From positions 46,361 through 110,360 of the forward strand of contig NW_005434508.1 in NCBI RefSeq assembly GCF_000315625.1: a DNA stretch of 64,000 nucleotides, written 5' to 3'. Below, one piece after another: positions 52,120-64,000 of this stretch (position 1 is its first letter; every line of letters begins with the position of its first letter). This DNA is from Guillardia theta CCMP2712 (lineage: Eukaryota > Protista > Cryptophyta). Below the pieces are notes generated by a model. That model was not told the origin of the DNA, made no database searches, and worked only from the letters and a program-made list of their open reading frames with translations. The translations under genes were made by a program, and so were the position numbers.

Positions 52120-52448
52120 TGCGCTGGCCTACCTCCGGTCTATGGATCAGATCCTTCCACGTGACTATGGTGTCTTCCCTGCATGCGGCCTCGTCCTCCA
52201 TCGCTTGCGTCTCGCTCTGAGCGCTTGCTTCCGGCCGAAGCACGTCCTGAAGGCCTTTCATCTTTCCAAACGTTCGGTTGCCTTGGTTGACCACTGGCCA
52301 GCTCCAGCCGCCCTGAGGACATGTCAGCTGCCGCAGACAGAGCAAGGAGTAGATGCCGTACCTTGGTGCTGATCGATCGTCTCAAGGACCACGAGCAGGC
52401 CTTGGAGGCTCTGACGAGGACGGGGAGCGCACGGGAAGTAGGAAACAT
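52120..52448 (-). pseudogene. Tandem duplicate (truncated in intron 2) of a small protein with mitochondrial-like presequence
   Basis: Near-identical to 53115-53443; identity ends just after the donor GTAGGCCAGCGCA. Confidence 0.55.
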
Positions 52449-53081
52449 GCTAGGAGCTTCGTAGGCGGTAGGTGAGTGAGTGTGTATCACAGTGTATGAG
52501 GCGTTGGGTGTGTGTAGGGAGGGGGAGGTACAAGTGAGGCTGAGGAGGGGAGGAGGCTGAGGGAGAGGAGGGGAGGGGAGGGCAGGAGAGGACGCGGGAG
52601 CGGATGCGGGAGGGAGAGTGGAGGAGGATATTTATAGCGGGGAGTCGATGAGCCGGATACGTAAAATGGGGCCGGCGATATGACGGGCGGTGATGGGGTG
52701 AGGAGGGGTGGTGAAAATGGGGGAAGGGGGGTGGGTGGGAAGGGGGCGGTACATGACTACAAGGACACACTGACCGTGATGGGTGAAGATCAGCAGTGTT
52801 GTTCTATGACTGCAGTGCTCCATCACAGTCGACCTGTGATGTCCCTAGCCTCACTCTGACGTGCTGCTCACTCTCTCCATTCTCTATGTGCCCGCTACTT
52901 GTCACTTGATCAGAAAGTAGCAAAGTTTCCATGCTGAAAGAGAACATCTGATGATATTGATATATATCGAACAAGCAGGTGTGGTTGGAGGGTTGAGAAG
53001 AGGGCAAGCAACAGTTTCAGGAGGTCATTGATCGATTTATTGTTATCAACATGCAACTCGTGTGCCTCAGTATGTAAGCAA

Positions 53082-53443
53082 CTAGAACTGTTTTATCAGC
53101 ATCGAAAGCAAGAGTGCGCTGGCCTACCTCCGGTCTATGGATCAGATCCTTCCACGTGACTATCGTGTCTTCCCTGCATGTGGCCTCGTCCTCCATCGCT
53201 TGCGTCTCGCTCTGAGCGCTTGCTTCTGGCCGAAGCACGTCCTGAAGGCCTTTCATCTTTCCAAACGTTCGGTTGCCTTGGTTGACCACTGGCCAGCTCC
53301 AGCCGCCCTGAGGACATGTCAGCTGCCGCAGACAGAGCAAGGAGTAGATGCCGTACCTTGGTGCTGATCGATCGTCTCAAGGACCACGAGCAGGCCTTGG
53401 AGGCTCTGACGAGGACGGGGAGCGCACGGGAAGTAGGAAACAT
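53082..53443 (-). CDS. Small hypothetical protein with mitochondrial-like presequence
   Basis: MFPTSRALPVLVRASKACSWSLRRSISTK / GGWSWPVVNQ...WKDLIHRPE / F*; amphipathic Arg/Ser leader without acidic residues. Confidence 0.55.
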
Positions 53444-54203
53444 GCTAGGAGCTTCGTAGGCGGTAGGTGAGTGTGTGTGTGTGTATCACAGTGTATGAGG
53501 CGTTGGGTGTGTGAAGGGAGGGGGGAGGTACAAGTGAGACTGAGGAGACTGAGGGAGAGGAGGGGAGGGAGGAGGGGAGGGGAGGGGCAGGAGAGGACGC
53601 GGGAGCGGATGCGGGAGGGAGAGGGAGAAGGGTTCTAATAATTCATAGGCGTATCCTCGATACGTAAAACCTTTGGGGGACGGTGGTAGGGGTGGTCCTG
53701 GGGGGAACACAGGGGATACGTCGGTATCAGCGTCGGTATATGATTGGCTATGATAGGAGGGGTGGGGTCATATTGGGAAAGAGGAGGGGTGAAGGGGGGA
53801 GGGTACGTGACCAGCATGTTTAGTCCTGTGTGCATAAAGCCGTTACATTAATGTAACGATACAAATAGCAACCAACCAGCGCGACATGTAGGTGATGAAC
53901 GAAGTCTGGACAAGACCTGAGCAGCTGAATGAAGTAGAGAAGATTCATCAGCCCAGTGGGTGTCACAAACTCTCTTTCACAGTCCAGCAGGTTTCACGGC
54001 ATCTTTTCCACAGTTCCAGTGCAATCTCTCTGATGGTAATAACATTCGAACTTGGAGAAGAAAGAGTTGAACTCCTAGAAATAGACTGAAACGAGCACTT
54101 CATATCATCCAACATCCCTTGAATGTGATTCTTCTATAAGATACGAACTGATCAAAATAATGTCAAACAGTCACTGCTGTCATGTCAAGTGAACAATAGT
54201 AGT

Positions 54204-54237
<34 letters not shown>

Positions 54238-54572
54238 AGAGTATCTCAGTAACGAACATCGCAGTAAACGAGGAACAAGACGATTGCAAGCTAAGGCTAC
54301 CAAACGCCCACAGGCCACAAGCGATTGAAGATTGTTTCTTTGTCAAAAAAATTGCATGAGAAAAGTTGATTACTATGTTGTTTGTGATTCCGCCGTGCAA
54401 TGACAGGATCGTATTCACACCACAGCCCATTCGTGCATGATGCTGGGCACAAATGTGATGCTAGTCCAATCTCGACCCTCCTGCTGCTCTGCTGTCACCG
54501 AGTTGTCTCGGCAATTCCGACGGTCACGGTGGCTCGATGGGGAGGAGGAGGATGTGAGTATTTTATAAGTCA

Positions 54573-56843
54573 TTACAAGAAGGAGGGGACGGGAATGCTG
54601 AGAGAGAAGATTCCGTCCAGGATCCAGTCGGGTTGCTTGTGGTTGGTGACGTCCAGACAGGACCTGAGACAGTCGCACCACCTGCAAAGCCACCAGCTCA
54701 GAACGCTGCTGGCCGCGTGCACTTGGGGAGAACCTCCTGCGATCCTCTTCGGAGCTGGAGGAGAGCAGGTACGTCAGCCCTTCCCCGTAATTGGTCTCTA
54801 GCACGAAACAGTTCGTCCTGCCAAGAGACATAAGAGACATTAGTTGCACCCAGCCATCCTGCTAGTCCTCATCTTGCCTTCCGTAGGCGTCATCGACCAC
54901 CTTGACCTGCGCCAGCGTCAAGATGATGGCAGTCACAGAAGCGACGCGCTCACGCTAGTTGAGTGATCTAGCGTGATCCGCTCGATGGCGATGAGCTTTC
55001 TGCTGTCCTGATAGTAGTAGAGGCTCTGCGAGCAGAAGGGTCATGGCGATGGATACAGGGAGTGAGGCGACCTGGTCGACAAGAACAAAGTATCTTGGCT
55101 TCCAGATGCCACTGGGGCCATCGAGACCAAGAAGGGTGCCTTCGCAAATGGTTTTCAACTGACACCATTTGTCATGCTCATTGCCTCCCTGTCCCTGGGT
55201 CACCTCTAGAGACTCGGGGACCCAAATCTGCTGCGATCGCTGCAAGTTTGATGGGTAGGATGGATCTTCTCGGCTGCTGACAGAGTATACGGAGGGCAGG
55301 CTTTCTTCCTTGTAGTCGCGAAAAACAGCAGCTGACAAGAAGCTAGTCACGAGTCAAGATACACAATCATGAGACTTACGTTCATCCGGGAAGGAAGTCT
55401 TGACGACGATGGGTGCTCGATTTCTGTGCAGGTCTCCTTCATCCTGCGGATATCTAGTCAGCTTGTTTCAACAGCCGAATCAAATCACCTTGAAGACGAA
55501 CTGCTCTTGATGTTGAGAATTGAGATGATGATGGTCGTTGTAAAACTGGTTTTGATCATGAGATTGCAAGACTTGAGCAGCCGCAGGGGGTTGATAGGAA
55601 AACAGTTGAGCGTATGGAGCATGGTCAGTGGAGAAGTTAGAAGACGTGTAAGCGGTCTGAACATCGCTCCTGTTCAAGATGTATGCTGGAGTACTGTCAT
55701 AGATCCTGTGATCGGCTTCCAACTGCAAGGGCTGGTCCGCCATCGATGTCTCATTCTGACCATGATGATATGAACATCGAGACAACAAGGCCGAGGGGAC
55801 TCACCTCGGATTCAGAAGACTCAGTGATTTCAAGAGATTCAACTTGATCACAGGCGGCGTCTTCGTATGTAGTGTCTCTGAACAAGTCTTTCTGCACGTG
55901 CTCGATTCGAGGCTCGTCAGGGAGTGTGTGAGTTATCATTTGCCTTCCTGATGACGCCATGTTGTCAAGCGATCCATGTTCTTCTCCATTCGCATGCCGC
56001 TGGTTTGAGATTCCAGTGTTGTTGTTTTGAATCCTATCCATGGAAGAGGCTCAGGTTCGGACGATATCGTGTCCTCCCCATGATACTCCGCTGGTGATTT
56101 TTTGGCAACGACTTTTTGAGCAGCAGCCCCAGAGTAGTGGGTCTGAATCTCAGAGTAGTGGGTCTGAATCTCACTGATTCGCATGGGAACGAGCGATCGT
56201 CCGTTCAGCGAGCTCAAGACGTCATCTTCTTTCTTCGCAGATGTGATTACGTTCGCTTTGAGGGGAACAGCCTTCTCTGCCTCAGGAGTTGCTATCGGGG
56301 CAGTGACGGGAGATTGGTTCGGTTTAGCTGCAAGAGAGGTCAGCCTATGGCATTGTTGTTACACGTAAAGGTCATACCGATGGACTTGGACGGAGCAGAC
56401 CTTTCATCTTCTCCTGGTGTTGAGCCTGCAACGATGGGCTTCTCGGCTGACTTGGATGGCTCAGCTTCTGACTGGATGAAAGCAGCTCGAGCCATCTCAA
56501 AGCGAGCGTGCGCCTCAGCACGTTGCCGGTCAGCTGCTTCCTTATCATAGATGTTGTCTCGCTCCATCGCTGCGATGTTCTCGAGCGTGTCGTTGAGCAT
56601 TCGTTTTGCCTTGTCCAGGCTGTCTGTCGGATTTCTCGGAGTCTTCGGCGTTGGAAACGATGCCTGCGGCGAACATTTCATGGCTAGCTCCTTATCCAGC
56701 ATGGCCTTTGCCCGCGAGACCGGCCCATCTTCCGAGCGTTGAGGTGTCCTGTGCTTAGTTGCGGGAAGAGGCGGCTCTTGCTGCACTCCAGGAGTGTCGA
56801 AGATGGAGCTAAGCTTCAGAATCACCTTACCGGAACCTGCCAT
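54573..56843 (-). CDS. Protein with long disordered N-terminus and C-terminal PH domain, multi-exon
   Basis: CEGTLLGLDGPSGIWKPRYFVLVDQ / LYYYQD ... NCFVLET...YLLSSSSEEDRRR/WCDCLR. Confidence 0.75.
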
Positions 56844-56987
56844 GTTGAGTTAATCATCCCAAGAGGTAAGCTTCATCAGCATGATACATCAATCCATAAA
56901 AGTAGGAGAAGCCTAAAACAGACATATACCGAGCTGAGCTCGGCCTTGGAGAAGAGCAGCAGCATTAAGGCACTGGCGAATGGATGG

Positions 56988-57027
<40 letters not shown>

Positions 57028-59244
57028 TTGCACAATAAGCATTGCAGCAGCAGCGTTGCACAAAAAGCACAGCAGCCGCGACAAGAGCAGAAAAAGCAAG
57101 GGAGAGCAGCGGGATCGGCGGGAGCACGAGCACGAGCAGCAAGAAGAGAAGAAGAAGAAGAAGAAGAAAGTAAGGAGGAGCAGAGGCAGGAGGAGCCTCG
57201 GAGCAGGAGGAGGAGCAGGAGGTTCATCGCTCACTTCGCTTGTCAGCGTCTTCCGGCATGGTCCACGGCGTTTGACTCAGTGGGCCCAACGAGGACCCTA
57301 CCTCCCCCCAGGAGTTTTTGACCCTAATGACCCGTCCATTTGACGACCTTCAACCAATCATATCCGACCACCCGTCCCAGTGCAACACAAACGACTCGTA
57401 TGGTACCCCACCCTATGAAAGCTTGGACAAATCGGAAAAGTCCGAGTGAACAAGGTGGGGGTGGGGTGTCACTGCCGACGGATGGAGGGTACTGCAATGT
57501 AAGGATGGTACAAAAGTACGGAGTAAATGGACGGGTGCTTGTTTAGCTTCCAGGGTAGGGTACTGCCGCCGGGCTGCCGGGCCGCCGCCGACTCAGCGGC
57601 CGGGCCGGGCCAGCTGAGATCTCGGGGCCCCCGGGGATCAAGTTCACGAAGTCACTAGTAGACTCCCGATGACGGCAGAGAGCAGCACTGAGGGCATTGA
57701 CTCAGCGCGGACTAGGCTAGTCCGGAGGCTTCCCTTAGCCTTTAGAAGGATTAGCATGTTCAGCTAGTAGAAGGTCTGTTCTCTCCTCATGCTGTATTGT
57801 ATGCTACGCTGATCTAGCATCGCTAGTAACACAATGATCACTGTAGATGTCTCACCTCATTTATTTGAGGGATGGAGTGTTAATCTTTCATGGCTCGTTG
57901 GGACGAGAACGAGCGACGTTTGTGAACATGAAGATGCTAGGGAATAAGCTTTAGAGATGGTTTACGATCACAGTTGTCATGGAGGAAAGGCGAAGACCAT
58001 TTTAAGGGTAGGTATCCTTTCGTACCGCAACTCTTCTGAGGAATGTCTTCCAGCGAAAAAGTTTCAAACAGCGATCAGTTCAGTCCCGCACAGTCACTCG
58101 AATTTAATTTCATTAATTCTATCTCCTGACATTGCGAAGTTCATCGAGATGTCTCTCGGATCATGAGCGCTTGGGAGCGTGATGATGGGAGCAGTCAACT
58201 AGCTTATGGTACGTTTTGTCGGTTTTCATGATCTGTCCTGTAAATCCCTGACAGTTTCATTGCCGCATACGGCACAATGAAAATAAAAGTATTCCTTGTT
58301 TTCATGAATGCCTGGCCTGTTCGGATTGAATCATACACGATGCAATGGAATACATCAAAAGCCCTTAGATCAAACTTTCTTGATCATCTTTGTATACGGA
58401 ACCGTGAAAAATGGATAGATCATTGAACAAAGTGAAAAGTGAATAGATCATTGAACAAAGTCAATTCTGTTGGAGCATCGCTCCTATTTATGATTTGTTG
58501 GAGGTGTTCATTCAGTAATGCTATGAGCGATATTTCTGTCTAGACCAATGTTTCCATGTCGTGACTCGCTTCGATGGCTTCAGTGTTAGAAGCTCTCTCC
58601 AACACACACTAAATCACGCACTGTTCTCAATGCCATGAATGTAGTGTTGTTCTAGTCGACCAACTACCCAAAGGAGAGTACATCTTCCATCAGAGCGACT
58701 CGTGACACTCGGTCGCTCTGGACAACCACCAAGTATATTCAAGATACACTCAGATCATCAAATTTGGTTGGAAGGGTGTCTTCATTACCTATGAGTTTCA
58801 GTACATCAAAGACTACCAGCGGAAGAGCCCGAGCCGAACATGTCATCAAGGCCGAAATCAAGCGCTACAGACCCCCTCTCTACATCCAGAAGTTGATCTT
58901 GTGCATTCTGCTGGCGATCTAATGGGTCGGAGGCTCCAACGGTTGTGATGTGCCCAATGCCTGCTGGCTTGATTCTGCGATGCAAGCGCGTCATGGCAAC
59001 ATGCAGTCGGGGGTCATGGGCGAGCTTAGCACGACGCAAGACTTGACATCGGGTCTTGATGCTTCCCGGTCTCTTGTTTCTGTCTCTACCGCAGTTATCA
59101 TCTCGTGCTCTACCTCAACAGCACGCAAAGGCTCGTGGAATGGGAGCTCGCGGACGCTAGAGCGCAGAGGTCGACAAGTTTATTGTCAGATGCAATGCAG
59201 ACTGCAAGGAGCATTGCGTGTTGAGATCAGCGAGAGTCTTCGCA

Positions 59245-60078
59245 TCAGATCTTTGACGCCGTCAAGCTCGCAACGACGGCAAGAAGGACTGTGGCAAAGG
59301 ACGTGGGTGCCGAGCCCATAGCTGCTGAGCTTACTTTGGACACAGGTGTTGTTGCAACCGCTGCTGTCGTGCTCGAGGGACAGCTGGTGTCCGCACAACT
59401 GCCGTCGGCCTTGGACGATGCGATCATAGTATCGAGAGCAGCGCTAGAAAACTCGCAGACGTTGGAGTAGGCGGTCCTCATTGAGCTGCAGCATTGCGCT
59501 ACCTTAGGCTCAGTCGTCGTCGAGGGGCATTGAGAATCAGAAGTGCATCCCACCATCCCTGAGAATGTGAAAGAGGCAAGCGCGCAGTATGTCGCGCAGT
59601 CGGATCCCTTTGCCTTCTGCAATCATGAAACCAGTCACTATGCTACAAGCACGCTACTCTCTGACTTACATTGGTAGTGCACAATGCGTCAATGGATGTC
59701 TTGCATGCTGTAGCGTTGAACGTGGCTAATTGCAGAGTATTATTTAATGATGCAAGGCCTGCATCAGCCACGGTTTGCGACGCACAGCTCCCAAACTTCA
59801 AGATCAAGTCAGGACATCCCCCTATGACAAGCGTCAGCTCAAGTATCTCTCAATCACCCTTGACAGGCATGAGGGAGGTGGATACGCCGCGACGGGAAGA
59901 ACGAGGAGGAAGATGTGAGACAGGAGGAGGAGGAGGTGGTGGTGGTGGTGGTGGCTAAAGAGGAGGAGAGAGGAGAGAGATGGCTACCAGCAGCAGCTTT
60001 CTTCTCTGCTTTGTAGCATGTGCCAGCAAGAGCAGCTGCTACGAGCGTGAGGGATAGAAAGGCTCTCAGGGACAGCAT
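59245..60078 (-). CDS. Small Cys-rich secreted protein, probably GPI-anchored (3 exons)
   Basis: Signal MLSLRAFLSLTLVAAALA; Cys-rich core; Ser/Thr stalk; C-terminal SSAAMGSAPTSFATVLLAVVASLTA hydrophobic tail. Confidence 0.75.
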
Positions 60079-60244
60079 GGCGAGTATCGCAGTTGTAGCG
60101 TTGCCTCTTCTTTGTTTTCTTTATTACCCCTTGGGAACTTTTGAGGGAAGTTAACATGGTCTGAATCACCCTCTGAAATTTGAAGCATCAATAGGGCATG
60201 TTTGTAAGATTTGAAATGTTGCTGAAGTTGAACGAGGCTACTAT

Positions 60245-60386
60245 CAGTCAGTACTGACAAATGATACTACCACTAACTGATGAGCAAAACAAGAGAATTC
60301 TTTATATATTGATATTAAAGTAAGTAACTGGTACAAATATGTTTACCATATATATCACTAATTTACTCATTTGTCAGTACTGACTG
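60245..60386. mobile_element. MITE-like foldback element with perfect 20-bp terminal inverted repeats
   Basis: CAGTCAGTACTGACAAATGA (60245-60264) and TCATTTGTCAGTACTGACTG (60367-60386) enclose an AT-rich interior; no clean TA target duplication. Confidence 0.6.
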
Positions 60387-60454
60387 TGGGTACAAATTAG
60401 TACCAGAGTTTTGAACCTGAAGCATTTCAACGAGCCCTGAAAGATCCAGTCCTT

Positions 60455-61010
60455 GTTTAATATTGAAATTTCATCGGAAGATTTCAGATACTAATTTCGT
60501 GCGAGCTCGAATCTGATAGTAGCCTCGTTCAACTTCAGCAACATTTCAAATTCATTCCGTATTTTGAAACAGGTTTCGGAAAGGGATATTGATATTGAAA
60601 TTTCAACGGAAGATTTCAGATACTAATTTCGTGCGAGCTCGAATCTGATAGTAGCCTCGTTCAACTTCAGCAACATTTCAAATCTTACAAACATGCCCTA
60701 TAGATGCTTCAAATTTCTGAGGGTAATTCAGACCATGTTAACTTCCCTCAAAAGTTTCCAAGGGGTAATAAAGAAGTCAAGAAGAGAACGCTTCAACTGC
60801 GATACTCGCCATGCTGTCCCTGAGACCCGGCCTTTCTATCCCTCATTCCGTATTTTGAAACAGGTTTCGGAAAGGGATGTTGATATTGAAATTTCAACGG
60901 AAGATTTCAGATACCAATTTCGTGCACGCTCCGAGTCGAATCTGATAGTAGCCTCGTTCAAATCTTACAAACATGCTATAAAGAAGAGGCAACGCGTCAA
61001 CTGCGATACT
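60455..61010 (+). repeat. Scrambled direct repeats of the surface-protein upstream region
   Basis: atattgaaatttca.cggaagatttcagatactaatttcgtgc...gaatctgatagtagcctcgttcaa occurs at ~60460, ~60590 and ~60882; an abortive ATGCTGTCCCTGAGA occurs at 60811. Confidence 0.85.
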
Positions 61011-61014
61011 CGCC

Positions 61015-61707
61015 ATGCTGTCCCTGAGAGCCTTTCTATCCCTCACGCTCGTAGCAGCTGCTCTTGCTGGCACATGCTACAAAGCAGAGAAGAAAGCTGC
61101 TGCTGGTAGCCATCTCTCTCCTCTCTCCTCCTCTTTAGCCACCATCTCATCCTCCTCTTCCTCCTCCTGTCTCACATCTTCCTTGCGCGTCGCAAGCCGT
61201 GGCTGATGCAGGCCTTGCATCATTAAACAAGACTCTGCAATCAGCCACGTTCAACGCTACAGCATGCAAGACATCCATTGACGCATTGTGCACTACCAAT
61301 GTAAGTCAGAGAGTAGCGTGCTTGTAGCATAGTGACTGGTTTCATGATTGCAGGAGGCAAAGGGATCCGACTGCGCGACATACTGCGCGCTTGCCTCTTT
61401 CACATTCTCAGGGATGGTGGGATGCACTTCTGATTCTCAATGCCCCTCGACGACGACTGAGCCTAAGGTAGCGCTATGCTGCAGCTCAATGAGGACCGCC
61501 TACTCCAACGTCTGCGAGTTTTCTAGCGCTGCTCTCGATACTATGATCGCATCGTCCAAGGCCGACGGAGGTTGTGCGGACACGACAGCAGCGGTTGCTA
61601 CAACACCTGTGTCCAAAGTAAGCTCAGCAGCTATGGGCTCGGCACCCACGTCCTTTGCCACAGTCCTTCTTGCCGTCGTTGCGAGCTTGACGGCGTCAAA
61701 GATCTGA
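61015..61707 (+). pseudogene. Inverted paralog of the Cys-rich GPI-type protein; deletion removes the intron-1 acceptor and start of exon 2
   Basis: Reverse complement of 59245-60078 but missing ~120 bp at ~61183, so unspliced reading stops at 61206; also a 15-nt in-frame deletion in the last exon. Confidence 0.65.
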
Positions 61708-62811
61708 TGCGAAGACTCTCGCTGATCTCAACACGCAATGCTCCTTGCAGTCTGCATTGCATCTGACAATAAACTTGTCGATTGATTGAAGAAGTGGCTT
61801 GAGACCGAAGAGAGAAGCTTGAGCAGCCAACTGTTTGTTGGATTATTTCAGGTATAGTCAATTCTGTCTATTGTAGAGATTTTGAGACTGTGTTGCTGAT
61901 CAATCTTGATTGAGCTAGTTACATTAGGTTATTCCAGCCTGGGTAGGAGCCGAGGGATCATGCGAGAGAGCAGGCGATGAACGTGTCGGCTTGTTACAGA
62001 AAGGGTAACAGGGATCAGGACAAAGAGCAGTAGCGCAAGGCTCCTGTGAGGAGGACGGCAAGACTCATGCGAGAGCGATACTGCAAAGGCGGCCCGACCG
62101 TTGGCTGGTGGCCCCTGTGGCAGCCGTGCTTCTGCTCTGCTCTCTGCTCTGGTGTACCAACCCGAGTGCCCCCCGGCCTCTGTCTTCGAGCGCCGCAGCA
62201 GTGCTGCTGTCTGACTTCTCTAGCTGGCTCGAAGTTGTCGCCATGGCTGCATGCACTGGGGCCCTGTCCCCCCTTGGGTTTGAAGGGTTGCCCGAGGAGG
62301 TGAGTGGAGGGGTACTATTTGAGGGATAAGGAGGGGTAGTAGTCGGAAACGGTTTCAGTCAAACCTTTTGTTGGGAAGGAAGGGGGGTGTAGAGGCTCTG
62401 GTAACTTATGACGGGAAAGGGGTGGGTGGACAAGGTTTATATGGGGGGTAGTCGAGCAAGGGAAAGTGAAGAGTGATGTGGGTCAAATGAGAGAAGAGGA
62501 TCAGTCATGGCAGCAGTCATGGTGGAAGTAGGGAAAGAGGGAGGAGAGATGGATAGAGGAGAGGAGGAGGGAAAGAGAGATCACAGCAAGAAATGAAGAA
62601 AGACAGAAAGAGAGAGAATTATGAAAGAAAATGAAGAGATTGAATGAAGGGGGAGAGAAGCAGATAGTGTTTGCTGCAGGATGATTTCATTGATTGCGAG
62701 CAAGATCTCTGACAAGATTGAAGCATTTACAGGAAACAAGATTGCACATATGAGGGAAGTTCTTTGAGGGGGAATTCTTGAGTGACAAAACAAGATACTG
62801 ACTGAAAGAAA

Positions 62812-64000
62812 ATGGCTGCATCAGTACCAGTGATTAAAGCAAACCAACAACAATCATCAATGAGAAACGTATCAAAACCATCCCCAGAGATTCGCTCTCT
62901 CGCAAATCTGCAGCATGACAAGACATTCAAACTAGCAGAATGCGGCAAGCAGCTTCGATCTGGCATCCTCGAGAAGAAGATCGCTGGTACAGTCGTCACA
63001 TGGAAGACACAAGGCGTCGTCCTCACCGACCGCATGATCTGCTTCCTCAACGACGATGGCGTCATCGAGGACGACGAGACCGTGATCGACTACATCCCGC
63101 TGCATGAGGTGGTGCAGCTGATGATGGAGGGGGAGAACAAGAGCGAGCGCGAGGAGAAGCTTTGCCTCATCATCCGCACGGTAGAGGGAGGACACAACTC
63201 CGGGCGTACGTACGTGTATCGGATGAAGACGGAGGCGGAGTGCCTGGAATGGCACAAGGACATGTCGACGGGGCTGAAGCTGGCGATGAAGGCGAAGCGG
63301 CAAGAGCAAGAGCTGCAAGAGATCGGGGACAGCAAGTATCTGTGGCTGCGCTTCAAGGCGAAGAAGCTGATCAAGGCGCGGACAACACACATAGGTAAGC
63401 AGTGAGGAGGATGGAAGGAGGCAGGAGGAGAAGAAGCAGGACTGGTAGGGAGGGGAAGAGCAGGACAAGCGAGGGAAGGAGGAAGGAGTGTTGAGATGTG
63501 GTTGCATGTCGTGCTTGATGACATTCGGCAGACACGTCGGTACTGACGGGTGCGTGCAGTGATGTCAGTGCTGATCTTCATCAACTTCTTCGTGGATGTG
63601 TACGAGGCCGAGGAGCTACCATCCGTCTCGTCTCTAGAGGGATGGATAGTCCGACTGGTCGGTATCGTCGTTACAGCTTTCTTCACAGTAGAGGTGTCGG
63701 TAGCAGCGTTCGCCATGTCCGAGAACCACTTCAAGCCCTTCTACTCAGACCCCTGGAACATCATGGACCTCATGGTCGTCGTTGTCTCACTCGTAGTCAC
63801 TCCCTTCGAGACAGACCCGCAGCTGAAGGTGTTGGGGCTTGTGCGGATCTTCAGGTCAGGAGGAAGGAGGAGGGAGGGGCGAGGCTGGTGAGGAGACGGG
63901 AGGCTGACAGGGAGGTACAGGGTAGCGCTTGTGTTCCGACAGGTGAAGAGCTTGAACAGAATCATCACGGCGCTCGGGAGGGCGGTGGTGCCGCTGATGA
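62812..64000 (+). CDS. Second PH-domain single-domain channel paralog (5' part; continues beyond window)
   Basis: 62938-64000 is a reverse-complement homolog of 44404-43400 (PH, S1-S4, S4-S5 linker). Confidence 0.85.

Noticed and set aside
56876-57343. Overlapping poly-Ala/Gln/Leu/Cys ORFs
   Set aside because: Arise from (CAG)n and (GAA)n tracts upstream of the PH gene; no domain content.
57800-59150. Possible exons of an AT-richer gene and a ~28-bp tandem duplication at ~58405-58461
   Set aside because: Could not assemble a consistent reading frame or recognise a family.
60455-61010. Repeat-spacer pattern resembling a CRISPR array
   Set aside because: Units are long, irregular, nested copies of the neighbouring gene's upstream region; no unique spacers or cas genes, and the context is eukaryotic.

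Overview
Intron-rich eukaryotic nuclear DNA, most likely a cryptophyte alga such as Guillardia theta. This is inferred from ~45-60 nt GT-AG introns mixed with long homopurine/homopyrimidine introns, bipartite signal+transit peptides and the gene families present. There are 7 N-gaps. Recognisable genes: two subtilisin/EGF/CUB/mucin-repeat paralogs in inverted orientation, a plastid fibrillin plus a 5'-truncated copy, a TBC RabGAP, exosome RRP42, NVL/Rix7 AAA ATPase, two signal-peptide-bearing GT41 (OGT-like) proteins, a GPH/MFS transporter, three copies or pieces of a single-domain voltage-gated-type channel with PH and EF-hand domains, an ankyrin protein, a TVP38/TMEM64 protein, a PH protein, and a head-to-head pair of Cys-rich, probably GPI-anchored surface proteins. 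A 3'-truncated Ty3/gypsy element with one LTR is also present. The most unusual features are: (i) a conserved ~60-bp dispersed element found three times, with a sharp 3' edge; (ii) a recurring two-block upstream architecture (GGGGTA-rich block proximal, CCGG/TGACTC palindrome-rich block distal) that appears to change quickly by micro-insertions; (iii) four inverted duplications, one with a MITE-like foldback at its breakpoint; (iv) an HBS1-like gene fragment inside an NVL intron. Exon boundaries were read by eye and are approximate.
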